In this document: positions 13,701-27,452 of the stretch, piece after piece
How positions within the stretch are numbered: position 1 is the stretch's first letter
How the letters are laid out: every line of letters starts with the position of its first letter
Notes under the pieces: generated by a model
What the model saw: the letters and a program-made list of their open reading frames with translations, nothing else
Told to the model about the DNA's origin: nothing
Database searches by the model: none
Source: Vitrella brassicaformis CCMP3155
Lineage: Eukaryota; Protista; Chromerida
Direction: 5' to 3'
Assembly (NCBI GenBank): GCA_001179505.1
Contig: CDMY01000412.1
Coordinates: 20,036 to 84,035 of the forward strand
Length of the DNA stretch: 64,000 nucleotides
Position numbers and translations under genes: made by a program

Positions 13701-14621
13701 TCGCCATCGACAGCGAACGGGTCCCCTCGACCACCAACTGCACAAACCCATCCATAGGTACCGAGAGGTCGGTGCAGTGCAGTGCGCTGCATTGAATTGA
13801 CTGACTGACACTGACCCGAGCATCGTGCATGGCGTTGTGGAAGCTCTGTAGGGCTGCACAGAAACACACACTCACAGACGAGGGTTTACGCAATGCCGGC
13901 AGCCGACTCATAGACCCTGTGTGTGTGTGTGTGTGGCTGTCTGACCAGGGTCCAACGTCTGTGCGGATGCCGACCGAAAAAGCTCCTCCTCGTCAGCTGA
14001 CATCCACACACACACACACACACAAAAAGAGCAACACACTCGGTCCACTCGCGGATGGATAGATGTGTGTGTGTGCTGTGGCTGCCCCACGACTTTGCGT
14101 ACCTTCTAGTTCGACGTGTGTGGAGGTGGTGAGTCTGTGAGGACGGAGGAAGGGGTCGTCGCCCGAACCCTCGCCGCTGTCTATGAGACCTGACGGGGCC
14201 GACGATGCCGATGACGACTGCGGGGCGCCTGATGACGACGCCGACACATCGGTGCCCTTCTGATCCAGCGACGAACGGCGAAACGTGAACCACCAACGAT
14301 CCTGCCCATTCGTACACACACACACACACACGCATCGATATGGCCATTTCTCCCCTCTCTCTGTCTGTGCGCGTGTGCGCGTGTGTGTGTGTAGGTGTGT
14401 GTATGTGTGTCGATTACCCTGTCTGTGTCTGCGCCCCCTCCCCCTCCCCCTTCAGGCAGCAGTATGATGTCCTGTACGGGCACTCTCCACTTGTCGGCCA
14501 GTTTGGCCTTGAGTGCCTCGTTGGGTCCGCCCTTCTTGCCCACATCGATGCGCTCCAAGTGCAGCACCTCACCGTACAGCGCGTCGCACACCGTCACCGA
14601 CGTCAACGCAGACACGTGCAT
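10792..14621 (-). CDS. ATG11/FIP200 (Atg17-like domain) scaffold-like protein
   Basis: Ubiquitin-like N-terminus (VTVCDALYGEVL...VPVQDIILL), AIGRLREVELHPAM, MPSAYQAALTEIARRRTF and FMKRHGVHLPAEFIPGL are patterns typical of ATG11/RB1CC1. The C-terminus is long and low-complexity. Confidence 0.65.
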
Positions 14622-15420
14622 CAATCAAACAAACAGACAGTAATCAGCCAAGCGATTCGATAATCAATCCAATCAGATCAAGCGGTGTTGCCCACGATGA
14701 GCAGACGACAGCCGTGGCGTGGTGGAGGGCACGACACTGGCCACGCCGACCTCCTCCTCCCAACAGACGTACTGGATGTGGCAGCAGGAACAGGTGGCCA
14801 CTCGAGCATGGTCACCCCGAGACCCGCCGATGAATGCCGCGCGCAGACAGCCCTGCTGACCACTGACTTGCACGACAAACCGAGGCGTCCAGGGTGGGCA
14901 GCTGTCGATGTCTTGAGAGATCTGACGTCACCAGCCGACGTCCGCGGATCTGCCTCACGCTGTGTCGAGTGGAGAGAGGGCGATAGACAGAGAGGTGTAG
15001 CGTCAGCAGAAGAGGACAGCGCAGGGAACAACTTCTTTGCAAGCTCGGCAGCTAAGCTCGCAGGTGGGGAATGGGGAGGGACCCTCCTCGTCGGGTAGCC
15101 CCTATTACTGCTGAGCACCATTCTCTCTCAGGATGTGCGCAGCTGATTGAGTTGCTGGCCTTTCAGTCGCCCTTCCACTGCACTGCACCCTATTCTAAGC
15201 TCTGCCGTGATACTGATACATCCCATTTCTGATGCCGTACGACCACGTGACAGCGTGCCTGACCAACATCCTCAGGGCCGGAGCTGACCCCAACTCATTC
15301 ACAGGTCAATGAATGAGCGAATCAGACAAAAACGCAGACAATCAGACAGACAGACAGACAGACAACAAGAGCCTTGATGCATCCAAGGGGAGTCATCGTG
15401 TGTGCGCGTGTGTGTTCAAG

Positions 15421-16241
15421 ATGAGCCAAAGGGCAAGCGGCGGACCTTATTGCTCGTGGCCATGGAGGAGGCCGTCAAAATCGACACGACCGAGCGCATT
15501 GAGATACTCTTGCAGGCCAAGGCGGACCCCAACAAGCCCTCCGAGCCCCCCAACACCTACCCAGTCGAGTGGGCGGTGAGCCGCGGCCAGCTGCACCTCG
15601 CCCGTCTGCTGCTCACACACGGCGCCGACGTCAACCTGCCATTCGACAAGAACGTGACGGCGCTGCACATGGCGGTGCACGCCGACGATATGGACATGGC
15701 CACACTGCTGGTGGTGGACCATGGTGCCAACGTGAATGCGACCGACATCAAAGGCCAGACGCCCATATTCTTCGCCAAGTCGCGGGCGATGTGCGGGCTG
15801 CTGGCGGCGCACGGGGCGGACCTGCACGCCCTCAACGCCCTGGGCCAGTCGGCGCTGCACCTGGCTGTGGCGCGTGACTGCCTGCCTGTGGTTGAGTACC
15901 TGACCGACGGCAGCCGTGTGAGTGGTCTGCTTGACGCGCAGGACTTCCAGGGTCTGACGGCTTTGCACGTGGCGGCCTACTACGACAACCGTCGGTGTGT
16001 GCGGCTGCTGTTGGACATCGGTGCCGACTGGGGTCTGAGGAGCAAGAACGGCCACACGGCGCTTAGCCTGGCCGACAAGCAGAAGCACGACCAACTGGCC
16101 TTCTACCTGTACAACAGACAGACACAGCGGCTGTGGGGCGGCTGGGGGGTCCTCAGGAACCCCGTGTTTCTCGTCGGCATGGCCGTCGTGGGCACCGCTG
16201 CTGTACTCAGGTACTACGTGATATACAAGGGGAATAAGTAA
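15421..16241 (+). CDS. Tail-anchored ankyrin-repeat protein (5' exon not resolved)
   Basis: About six ankyrin repeats (TALHMAV, GQTPIF, GQSALHLAV, GLTALHVAA, GHTALSLA) followed by a hydrophobic C-terminus, PVFLVGMAVVGTAAVLRYYVIYKGNK*. Confidence 0.88.
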
Positions 16242-18024
16242 ATGGCTGACAGACAGACGGGGCGGTGCATTGATTTGACTGATGGTTTGGTTGGTTGATT
16301 GGCTCAGGTGGGGTGACATTCAGAGCCTGGTGGTCGACCTGTTTGAGGGCTTCCGGGCCGCACACACGCAGTGAGGCGTGCGCTGCATGGCCATCGACGG
16401 TCACATGCAGGCAGGCAGGTCCATCAAATCAACGCAGGGAGGTGCAGTAACTGCAGTGCCTGCAGAGGAGAGATGTGTGTGTGAGAGGAAGGTGTGTTGT
16501 GTGATGTCGTGCGCTGCGTGTCGTCATCTTATCTGGTTGTCTGGTCTTTGCTCCCTCCGTTTTGCTCTTCCTTGTCCGCGTGTGCAGGTAAGGTAGATAG
16601 GTTGCTCGACTGACTGACTAAGTGGGTCTCTCGCTGGTGTCCGTGACGTGCTGTGCTGTGCTTGCCTTGAGTGTCTGATGCAATTGCAGCCTTGACTGCG
16701 TTATTAGTGCTGTGCTGTGCTTGCGTGACGTGAGTCAGTGGGTGCGTCGGTGAGTGTGCGCGTGGTGTCAGTCAACTCTTGATGGATGGACACTGAATGA
16801 ATGAGGGAATGAATGCCTTTCCTTGAGTGAATGTGTACGCATCCAGGCAGTGTGTAGAATGAATGGATACAGACAGACCATCAATCAATATTGCATCGAT
16901 CACATATAAACTGACGGTAGGCAGGGCAGGGCACAGCCTGCCTGTCAGTCAGTCACATCGATCAGGAGGTATGTATGTATCCATGTGATATGTAAATGGG
17001 TCTGTCCATCCATCCATCCATCCACCCACCTGCACCCACCAGTCAGTCACCCATATCACCTGGCCAGGGGAGATATCAGCCATCTCAGCCTCCCCCCACC
17101 CTGCTCGCATCGTTTGTCTTACAACAGGACACCCACACCGCACCGCACCGCACCGCATCCCACAGCAGCCGGCACGGCAACCAACGTACGCACGCCCCCT
17201 CTCCCCAAAACATACACACACACCGACAGCAAAACCAGTTGGTCTGTCTTTCTTTCTCTCGGGTGTCAGTCACTGGCGCTCGCCTCGCCTGATCATGAGT
17301 GTGTCGATTATCTCAACCAGGTGGGAAAAACAACACACAGGTGTAGTCCAAACATGCAGGAACACATGGATGGATGAGTGCACGTATGCATAAATACACT
17401 GCCAGCGTGCCAGCCAGCCACCCACCCCGCCAGGCAGCCAGCCAGACCCAGCCAGCCATCAGCATGTAGGTACGTACTTACACGTCAGTCATGTAATGTA
17501 GGCAGGCAGACAGACAGGCAGGTACATACATACATCCACACACACAACAAGAGAGAGGGATGGATGGAGATGACTCACCATCGCTTGAATTGGCTGTTTG
17601 TAGATATGTATGTATGTATGTGTCTATGTGATGTGCACTGACTGACTGACTGACTAACTGACTGACTGACGTGAGTGCGTAAGTGGATGAGGAGGGAGGG
17701 AAGGAAGGAGGAAAGGACTCATGGTATGTATGGTGCGCATCGCATTGTCTATCTGATGAGTCTGTGTCTGTCTGTCTGCCACATAAATACATACATCGGG
17801 CGGGGCGGGCAACCAACCAGGTGGCTGGCAAGGTGTACTGGCACGCATACCATACGACAGGGGAAGGAAGCAAGGCGAGTGAGGAAGGAGGAAGGAGGAA
17901 AGAAATGAACATGGGACACCCACCCTGGTAAGCTGGGTTGGGTTGGATTGGGTTGGGGAGGGCGCCACGCAACGAGAGAAAAGACAAACTCAGTCAGTGG
18001 CTCGGCGGGTGTGTGTGTGGGTGT

Positions 18025-20006
18025 CTATACGGCGATCCACTTGACGACCTGTCCGTTCTCCCACATGCCCTCCTTGACCACGCCGTCCTGACCCTTGTGC
18101 CAGCCTACACGCACGCACGCACGGACAGTCAGGGGAGTCTATGTGGTCACGTGACTGACTGACTGACTCCCCAACTGACTCCCCACCTCACTCACTCATT
18201 CACTCACCTTTGCCCTCCTGTTTGCCGTTGACCCAGTTGCCCCGCACCTCAGACCCGTCGGGCCAAGAGAAACGACCGGCGCCGTGCTTCCTGATGGGCA
18301 GAGCGGACACGCACATGTGTGGACCGTTGCTGTATCCCGGTGGTAGTTAGTTACTTGTCGCTTTTGTATTCCCCTTCGTAGACTTTGCCGTCGGCCCAGG
18401 TGAACTTGCCCTGACCGTCCATGCGATTCCGCTTCCACTGCAGACGTAGGTGGTTGGGATACACGACGAGCAAAGGCGGGCGGCATTGTGTGTGTGTGTG
18501 TGTGTGTTGTGATGCGTGTGTGTACCTGTCCTGAGTACTCCCTGCCGTCCGGCCACTGCAGATCGATCCGCCATTTGCAGACATCCATCCATCCATCCAT
18601 TTGAGACGATCTGTTGGCTTGTCTGTCTGTCTGTGTGTCTGTCTGCCTAGTGTGCGTCCTGCTTGGCTTGACTCTGTGTGTGTGAGCTTTACTTTGAATC
18701 TGCCGTGTCCGTGAAGGTTGTCTTCGTAGAAGGACCCCTCGTACGTGGCGCCCCCCTCCCACCGAAAGGTGCCCTTCCCCTGCTTCTTGCCCTCAACAAA
18801 ATGACCTGGGGGCAAGCAAAGACAACGCACACACATACATACACACACGCACAGGCGCATCTCTGCCACGCTGCTGCGTGTGTGCCGACCGACCTACGTA
18901 CCTTCATAGTATGATCCGTCCGGCAGTCGTTCGACGCCTGGACCGTGTTTGCGTCCGTCTCGCCACTCGCCCTTGTAGGAGGTGCCGTCCTTTTTGGTCA
19001 GGTGGCCCTGGCCCTCCGCCTTGCCCTCACGCCAGTCACCCACGTAACTCGTGCCGTCCTTCCACACCTACAGACACATAACGCATAAAACCAGGCAGGC
19101 AGGGAGGCAGGGAGGGAGATGAGCAAGGATCAGACAGAGGCCCACCCATCCCATCAATCGCTCTTTCTTTCTGTCCTTGTGTTACCTGCTCGCCCCTGCC
19201 GTGTGGCTGGTCGTTCTGGTGCAAAAGGGGTCACACAGAGCATACATACGCAGCGTGTGTGTGAATAAATGAGGTGTTGAGTGTCTCAATTGTCTGTGTG
19301 ACTGTACTGTGCGCCCACCCTCATTTGTCCCGAGTAGAAGGCCCCGTTGTCGAGCTTGTGGTTCTCGACCTCGTTGTACACACCCGCCTCAGCAACCTGC
19401 ACATACACACACATCGACACACACATTCACATTCCCTACGACTAGTGTCCATTTACCGACCCTACCCTTCATCTGTGTGTGTGACTGACTGACCAGGTAT
19501 GAGTGGTTCGCTGACAGCCACTGGTCGCCCCTCCGGGCGTCGTGAATGTTGAAGTGCGACGAGTCGTCTGTGGCGCCGGTGCTGCTCATGTTGACGGCCC
19601 CGCCCTGCACCGACGGGCGGATGAGCTTCCGGTCCATGTCAGCCCACTCGCTGATGTCGATCTGATGCTCATTCTGACATGCCGACCACACAAACAAGAT
19701 ACAGACAGACATGGGCTAGGCGTGTGAAGTGAGTGGTGTTTGGGTACCTACCGTTGGCGGCAGCGGCCACACGCCTCCCCTGTGGAGGCACTGCTGAGCC
19801 GGAAAACTGCACTGCACACACTCAATCACACACACAACAGACCACACAACCACAGCAACACAACAACACAATACGCTTTCGTGCCTTCCTCCTCTGTTGC
19901 AGCTTCCAAAAATCGTCCCGTCTCAAACTCCCAGAGTGGCCTCTCTGTCTTCCTGCCTCGCTGCAGCTTTGCGAGCTGCTTTGCTCCTGTGTACCTGGTT
20001 GCCCAT
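18025..20006 (-). CDS. MORN-repeat protein with a possible N-myristoylation start (MGNQ)
   Basis: Repeated YxGxW/F...GxG motifs: GTSYVGDWREGKAEGQG, GGATYEGSFYEDNLHGHG, GKVYEGEYKSDK|KHGAG, GSEVRGNWVNGKQEGKG. Stop TAG at 18025-18027. Confidence 0.9.
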
Positions 20007-20255
20007 TGCGCTGCAGAAGGCCGCGGACACCGCCGCAGCAGGCGAAAAGACGGGATGCCAGGACGTCAAGGGCAGCACTGCCTGCCTAACCGCATTGCCA
20101 TTCCAGGCTCCCACATCCTCAATAGCGCGTTTTTCTCAGGAAAGGGACGCTCGGAAAGTGCCATTAAGCTCGCACGAGGGGAAGGAGTGACGAAACAGCT
20201 GCATGGTCTGCCTGTGGCTTAGGGAGTTGGTCCGCCGTCTGTGTGTGTGAATCAG

Positions 20256-23200
20256 ATGGCAGAGGGGCTGCATTCCATGAGTTCAGTAGCCATGGACCTG
20301 GAGCGGGAGATAGCGGCGTCCGTCCACGCCGTCGAGAGGGAGAGGGACAGGTACGCCTGGCCTGCATGCAATGCAATCCATGCAGATATTGACACACCAA
20401 CCGATTGCCGCCGTCCGGCATCGCACACACCGGTGTGTGTGTGCCGTGCGTGTGTTGGTTCAGGCACCGTGTGGAGAGCGATGCGTTAAAGAGGGAGGTG
20501 GAGGCGCTGCAGCGGAGCAACCAGACACTGGAGCTGGAGCTGGCCAAGGCGCGCCACGACAACCTCATACCGAAGCCACACACAGCCCTGGCTCACCGAC
20601 CAATCCCCTCGCCCCTCAATGAGCGGCCACCCGCCCTTCCACCCGCCACTGTGACAGCCATGGACACAGCCTTCCCAGGGCCCGCCCCTGCCTCTGGCTC
20701 AGACAGGGACAGGGAGAAGGTCGGGGATGTCGACAGTGAGGAGCGTGCCAAGCTCAAGGAGCGGATCAGCGAGTTGTCGAGCCGGGTTGAAGGTCTGGGT
20801 GGGGCCAAGGGCGGCGCGTCGCCCTATGACTCAGAGTTTCTTGACGGTGGGAGGGGCGGGTACTCGTCGGCGGCGCCGCATGGCCCTTCCTCTTCCTCTT
20901 CTTCTCGTCTGTATGGCGGTGTTGGGGTCGGTGCTGGTGGCGACGATGGCGGAATGGGCGCACGGTGAGTTAGCCGAACAAAGAGTCAGTGAGCGCGTCC
21001 ATGTGCATGGATCCCGTTGGCTCATTCAGTGTGTCGGGCGGTTATGGGTTCCGGCTGCCGTCTGCTCGTGCCGGCGCGGCCGATGACCTCCTGCCGCCCC
21101 TCCCTGGCAGGACTGCTGCAGACGAGGGCGCACGCACAGCCACACTCGCACATACGGACCCTATCCACGACACACACCCACCTGTGAGCACGGCAGAAAG
21201 ACAGACTGACAAGAGAGGGTGCCTTGTCTACCGGCATCATGTTCACTGTCTGTCTGTGGTCGTGCATTGCAATGCCATACGATTCAGGTGCCTCCGTACA
21301 CGAGTGGCGCCACCCTCCGCCCCACATCAGTGCCGTCACCAACCAGCCCCCCAGGAGCTCATCCTCCTCATCCTGCTGCTGGTGCTGGTGCTGGCATGAG
21401 TGGTGTGGTTGGTGTGGGTCAGGGTGCGTTGGAGGCAGGCGGCCCGGCGCGGTCTCGCAGACTGGCAGACGAGGTCGCGGAACTCAGGTATGGTACACAC
21501 GAGCGCACCCAGACATGGCTGAGTGAATGGTGGATGGTTGTGTTGTCTTGTGCGTGTGATTGTGTGTGCAGTGAGCTGCTGCACGAGTCCAAGCGGATGA
21601 TCGAAGCTGAGGCCGACAGGCAACAGGTCGGAGTGAGTGCTCACATTGTGTTGGGCGTGTGAGTCGCGTCTGTCCATATGTGTGTGTGTCAGCTGTGCCG
21701 CGAGCGCATGGCGCAGGCTGAGAGGGAGGCCCTCGTGGCCGGCGAGGAGGCAAACAGAGCTAGGATCGAAAACGAAACCCTCAATGGTTAGTTAGTACAC
21801 GTCCACACACACTCTGCCAGATTACTGCGGTGTGTGTGTGTGTGTGTGTTTGGTTGCCTCACTCCCTCACTCATGGGATGCAGCTGAGATAACGTTGTTA
21901 CGCGAGGAGGTGGAGAGGGAGAGGACATTCAAGGAAACCAAAGAGGTCAGTCAGTCAGTCAGACAGCCACAACGATGCTCAGCAACGGCCACGGGATCCG
22001 CTCGCTACATGTGTCTGTCTGTCTGTCTGTCTGCATGGGCCCGTGGTGCGCAGGAGTTGCTGCGTGAGGCCCGCCGGCAGAGGGACCAAGTCGAGGTGGG
22101 TACCCTCCCTACGCACAACCCCATTGAATGTGTCTGTCTGTCCATCCATCCATCCATCCATCCCATGGGTCCGTCGTGCATTCCCTCCCCCTTTGTCTGT
22201 GCTGTGCTGTGCTGTGCTGTGCAGACGGACCTTCTGTGCAAGTGTGAGGCTTTGGCGGCAGAGCGGGACCAACTCAGGGTGGGTGGGTTAGGCAGCCAGT
22301 GCAGTGCAGTGCAGTGCACTTCGGAAAGGAAACCTTTCTCTGTGAAGGGGATGATTTCATTTCATTTCCTTTCCTTGATGCCTTCATGATGGATGGCATG
22401 GATGTATCAGTGTGAGTTGGAGAGCGCCCATCGTGAGCTGGAGGCGCTCAAGTCGGGCCTGCGGTACGCCGAGCAGGAGAAGACACAGCTCACCTCGCAA
22501 CACGCTCTCACCAAACAACACGTAAGCATCCACCCCAAAGACGGGGCTGTTGTGCCACTCACTCACTGTCATCACGCCCAGCCCACATGTCATGTTTGCA
22601 TGGATCGGATCCATCAGCTGGAGGGTCGCCTGAAGGAGGCCGAGGAGAAGAAAATTGAACTAGAGGTGGGTGAGCTCCATCCATCCGATGGATGGGTGGG
22701 TGGATGGATGCTTGCATCTTGCTGTGCCTGTCTGTCTGTCTGTCTACTGGCCATGCAGATTGAGTTGGATCGTTGTCGGCGTGCCTTGATGGACCGAGAG
22801 CAGGACAGCGACACCGCCAGGCAGAAACTCATGTACGTCACCAGGGAGAAGGAACGACTCGACACACAACTCAAAGGTAGGGAGGGAGGGAGGCAGGTAG
22901 GTAGGCAATTGATTGGTCATTGTGCGACACAACAAGCATCTCTTTCCCTCCCTCCCTCCCTCCCTCCTTTATTCACTGTCAATCAGATTTGTCGCGCGAG
23001 ATAGCCCGCAATGACCCCGATGCAGCAGCGAAGGCTGCTACCGCCAAGGCACACACACACATACACACACACACAGTCAACACACCAGAAGGCAGCTGCA
23101 AGTAAGTCCTTTCCCCGTGTGTGCTCTGCTGCTCAGGCTGAGGAAACAATACGCTGCCTGCAGGACAGGTAGGGTAGATGGATGGATGGATGAAGGAGCG

Positions 23201-24820
23201 AGTTCTGTGAGAATGAATCTGAATGTTGGCATCCTTGGCTGGATCAATGCCTGCAGGGTGGCGTATCTGACGCACCAGCTGGAGGCGGAGCGGTCCAAGA
23301 CGGCCAAGAAGGGCCTCATTGGGGGCACCAGAGCCGACACGCAGCACCACCCACATCCACATCCACCACCCGCATCAGCACCCGCACCGAATGCATCGGT
23401 AAGTCCTAACCACCAACACACACCATTGCCCGATGGATGCATCCACACACACCGCCCTGTGTTGTGTGTGGCCGGTGTTTGTTCAGTTCCCCTCTCCCCA
23501 GTCTGGCGCTCGTGTGCGGTGTCCGTCTGCGCCTCCGCGACACACAGGTGCCGCCCCACACTCACGCAGGGGCGCCACGAGAGGTGTTGGTGGCGGTGGT
23601 GGTGCGGGCCACACAGCGGTCAGGAGGACCCCACGTGCTGCGGCTGAAAGGGAGGACTGGCGCGTCAAACTGGGCAGGGCACGACCAGGTATATGAGCAA
23701 TATACAAGACGGGCACTTGATTGGCTGGTTGATTGAGCGATCTGTGTGTGGGAATGGTTGTATGTTTGTATGTCTACAGGTGGCGGTGAGACGTGTGGTG
23801 TGGCTGAGAGGCTGCGGGAGCTGGAACACAAGTACCAGAGAGAGAGGGAACGAAACGCACTGGTAAACAAAGGACAAAGGAAGGGAGGGAGCGAGGGAGG
23901 GACCTGCACACACATACACACACACACACACACACACAGTTCCTGCCCATACCCGTCCTTTTTGGCTTTTGGATCGGTCAGCTGTCCAAGAAGCTGGGCG
24001 AGTCTCTAGAGCTCGTCCACGGCCGCCTGCGCGAGACCCGACAACACATACCCAAGCCACAGCCACACGGCCAACCGACTCCAACACCTCCTCCAGCCCC
24101 ACCAGCCCCACCACCTGACACCGGTGATGATGAACAGACGCAGCAGCAGCAGCAGCAGCCTGCAGCAGGGCAGACGACTGGTCATTATGTGCCGGCTGTT
24201 GATGTGGGCGGCTATGTCGGCCCGGAGGTTTCAGAGTGCGGTCGTGGCGGCCGCATAGGGGAGGGGGTGCCCTATCCGCCATCCATGGAGAGCCCCTCCA
24301 GGCTCATGATGCAAGGTGGGTGGGTGGGGTGGGTGCAGACAGGGGCAGCCGCGCCACCTCTCACGGATGCAATCTCTTTATGTGTGTGTGTCGTACGTGC
24401 CTCCCAGGTGTGCCAGCATCGGGTCTGTCGTACGCCACGGCCATCCTGCCCGACGAGGAGCTCTCAGCCGCCCCCACGCCCACCCCGCCTCCGTCCAACA
24501 CCGACCTCACCAAACCACCACCCACCAAACGCAAGACCACCAAGCCAGCAGCAGCAGGGGGACAATCCGGACGACAGGCGAGGGACCTGCCGCGTGCCGA
24601 CCCATCCCCCGTCTGTGCGCTGCCCATGAGGCCGACTGCACACCCCCATTCCCATTCGCATCAGAGCAAAAGGGCATCTCGCGGCCGAGGCCAGTCTGAG
24701 CCCAAGAGGGCGCCGTTTGCCACGGTGATGGGTGCGCGTGTGAGGTCTTCGGGCTTCTCCAGGCCGCCGTCGCCCGTGCCGACTGGTGGGAGGGGCGGAG
24801 GGCCGCGCAAGAGGCCGTGA
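20256..24820 (+). CDS. Large coiled-coil protein of unknown function with a Pro-rich C-terminus
   Basis: Many short heptad-rich exons (ESDALKREVEALQRSNQTLELEL, ELESAHRELEALKSGL, IHQLEGRLKEAEEKKIELE) bounded by GT-AG. The last ORF ends GGPRKRP* at 24820. Confidence 0.8.
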
Positions 24821-24836
24821 TTCACTGACTGCGGGG

Positions 24837-25135
24837 NNNNNNNNNNNNNNNNNNNNNNNNNNNNNNNNNNNNNNNNNNNNNNNNNNNNNNNNNNNNNNNN
24901 NNNNNNNNNNNNNNNNNNNNNNNNNNNNNNNNNNNNNNNNNNNNNNNNNNNNNNNNNNNNNNNNNNNNNNNNNNNNNNNNNNNNNNNNNNNNNNNNNNNN
25001 NNNNNNNNNNNNNNNNNNNNNNNNNNNNNNNNNNNNNNNNNNNNNNNNNNNNNNNNNNNNNNNNNNNNNNNNNNNNNNNNNNNNNNNNNNNNNNNNNNNN
25101 NNNNNNNNNNNNNNNNNNNNNNNNNNNNNNNNNNN
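24837..25135. other. Assembly gap (run of N)
   Basis: About 300 consecutive N bases. Confidence 0.99.
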
Positions 25136-25525
25136 NGTGTTGTCTGGCGTGTGAACGGTGATTGACACAGTTGGTTGGCAGAACTCATATCTGAATAAAA
25201 GGAAGGGGACAGACTGTGGACATGAATGACATCCATGCGTGTACATTGGCAAAAATGCGTGTGCAAAACGTGTGTTTGGCACGTCCGTACGACCTGCCTT
25301 GGCATTTATAGAAGATGGTCAGTGACACGCCCGTCTTGGAACGCAGCTAGGTGCGCAACAGTGCTGTGGCCCGGATCAAGTAACAAGAGGCTGGCCAGGA
25401 TCGGTGTTTCTCTCTTTGGGACACAACACCATCGCATCAGCACCATCGTTGATAGGTAAGAACAAAAAAACCGGACGCGCAGATCTTAATCCATGACGTC
25501 ATTGGTGTTGTATGTTGGTTCAGAC

Positions 25526-26656
25526 AGCTCCCACCTTCATCTTGACGAAGATCACCATGCTGGACACCCACTTTTTCACCTTCTCCCTTCGCATCGCAAG
25601 CGTGCTGGAGTTTCTGGTGGCGCTGGCCTTCCCATACGCCTTCCTGATGAGCAACAAGGGCATCGCCATGCTCAACGGGTTCGTCCTGCCCTTACAGAAG
25701 GGCGGGATGACCGATGCCGCATTGGCGGAGGCACAGCAGGCATCTATCGAGTCCATTCGGGCTGTCAGCGCGCCCACGGCATTCCTCTGCCTCGTCGCGC
25801 AGTTCGGCGTGCTGTTTATGCTCGGCTTCCAGGTGAGATGGTGTCGGATTGGCTGACCATCCAAAGAGCTGGCTTGATGGCTCCTTGGGGTGTCTGTGTC
25901 CTATCCCTCTCTGTCTGTGTGCGTCTTTGATCGATCAGCTGCGTGTGTCGTGGCTGGCGACAGCAACTCACATAAGGCAATACCGGTCCGGGTGTGATCT
26001 GCTGCACATGGGCGTGCTCTTTGGCCTCATTTGGACGTGCATCCACTTCGGCATCTGGGGCATGGCGTCCAACTACATCAATGCGCCCGACGCACAAGTG
26101 GCGGAGCTCATCCGGGGACCGTTCCTGATGGTACGTAACGACACACAAGGGCGCTGCAGTGTACCTTCGTGGCTCGTGTGTGTGGACGTGCGTGTCAGAC
26201 GATGGCGATGCTGGGCGACATCTTTTTCTCGGCTCAGTGCCTCATGTACGGCCCGGCCATCTTTCTGCTCGACCGCTACCAGCCCACCGAGGTGACTGGA
26301 GGTGTGGCCAGCAAGCCCAAGGGCAGCACATGGCTCGGATGGGCAGTCATCATCACCAGAATGGCCACCAGCTGCGCAAGTAAGCCAGCGGCTAGGCAGG
26401 AAGGCAGAGAGGAGGGGGGGTGCGATGGCTGTGTGTACCTGTTTGCGCGTGTGCAGTATGTGGGCGTGTGATCATTCCAATGACGTGGACCCCCACCCTG
26501 ACGACGCCCTATGTGTGGCTGGCGCTGTCCTTCATGCTGGTCGCCGGAGCGTGCAGCACCGCATGGGCATTTACCTTCGAGCCAGCCGTCAATCGCCAGC
26601 TGATGCTGCTCGAGGGCGGACAGGCCAAGACACACTCACCGACCAAACGCAGATGA
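25526..26656 (+). CDS. Multi-pass membrane protein of unknown family (start unresolved)
   Basis: At least four in-frame spliceable exons carrying 5-6 hydrophobic segments (IASVLEFLVALAFPYAFLM, FLCLVAQFGVLFMLGF, LHMGVLFGLIWTCIHFGIW, VWLALSFMLVAGACSTAWAF). Confidence 0.7.
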
Positions 26657-27452
26657 GCCTGGAGTGCTCAACCGAGAGAGATGGACTGGCCTCTGTGTTG
26701 TGTGTGTACGTGTGTATGGGTGGGAGTCTGTGAGTGAGTCATTTTGTAGTGAGATTGATGGATGGATGGATGGATGGATGGGCGGCGGCCTGGCTGGCTG
26801 GCAAAGCAGGGTATGTATGTGTCATATGGCGGTTAGCCGAGACCTTGAGCATCTTTTTCGTTGGACTGAGAGCGTTTGAGAGTATTTGTTGGCGTCTGTG
26901 TGGGGGTAGTCTCCCACACAGGGACAGGCCACGCCACATGAGGGCGGGGGAGCCAGTCCATTTTCTCATTGTCATCGACTGCACCAATGGTCATCTTTTT
27001 CGCCTTCCTTTTCATACGACAAGTCTTTTTCTGTCTTGACGAGACACGCATGACGAATGTTCTCTTCAACGACACTCAATTGTGGACTCATCTGTCCACC
27101 TGCAATTACGGCACTCACACGTACATGTACATCCTACGACGCCGCAACCCCATACAAAGACGCCGCACGTCATGGCACTCCAATAAAAGCACAAGGCAAA
27201 TCAGCACAGTCTTGCCACGAATCAACGCCCCATCCATCATGCCATTAATTGATCATCACAGTGTCCTTGCAACTCGTACACTACACCTGAGTAGTACTGC
27301 TTTTTTCATGCACTCTTGGACACATCTGTCTGTCTGTCTGGCTGGCTGGCTTGTTCACTATCGCACCAACCCATCCCATCCGCCATGGATAAAAATCACA
27401 ATGCACGCATCACAGAAGAAATGAAGGAAGGGCTCGCTGCCTGCCTGCCCGC

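Noticed and set aside
14685-15098. 137-aa plus-strand ORF upstream of the ankyrin gene
   Set aside because: No recognisable motif, and I could not establish a convincing splice to the ankyrin exon. Left unannotated.
15447-16319. 290-aa minus-strand ORF
   Set aside because: Antisense shadow of the ankyrin CDS, caused by GC-rich codon bias; no independent motifs.
16300-17950. Repeat-rich 1.7 kb between convergent genes
   Set aside because: Only simple repeats and UTR-like sequence; no coding or structured-RNA signal found.
24464-25305. ORFs spanning X runs
   Set aside because: Artefacts of translating through the N gap.
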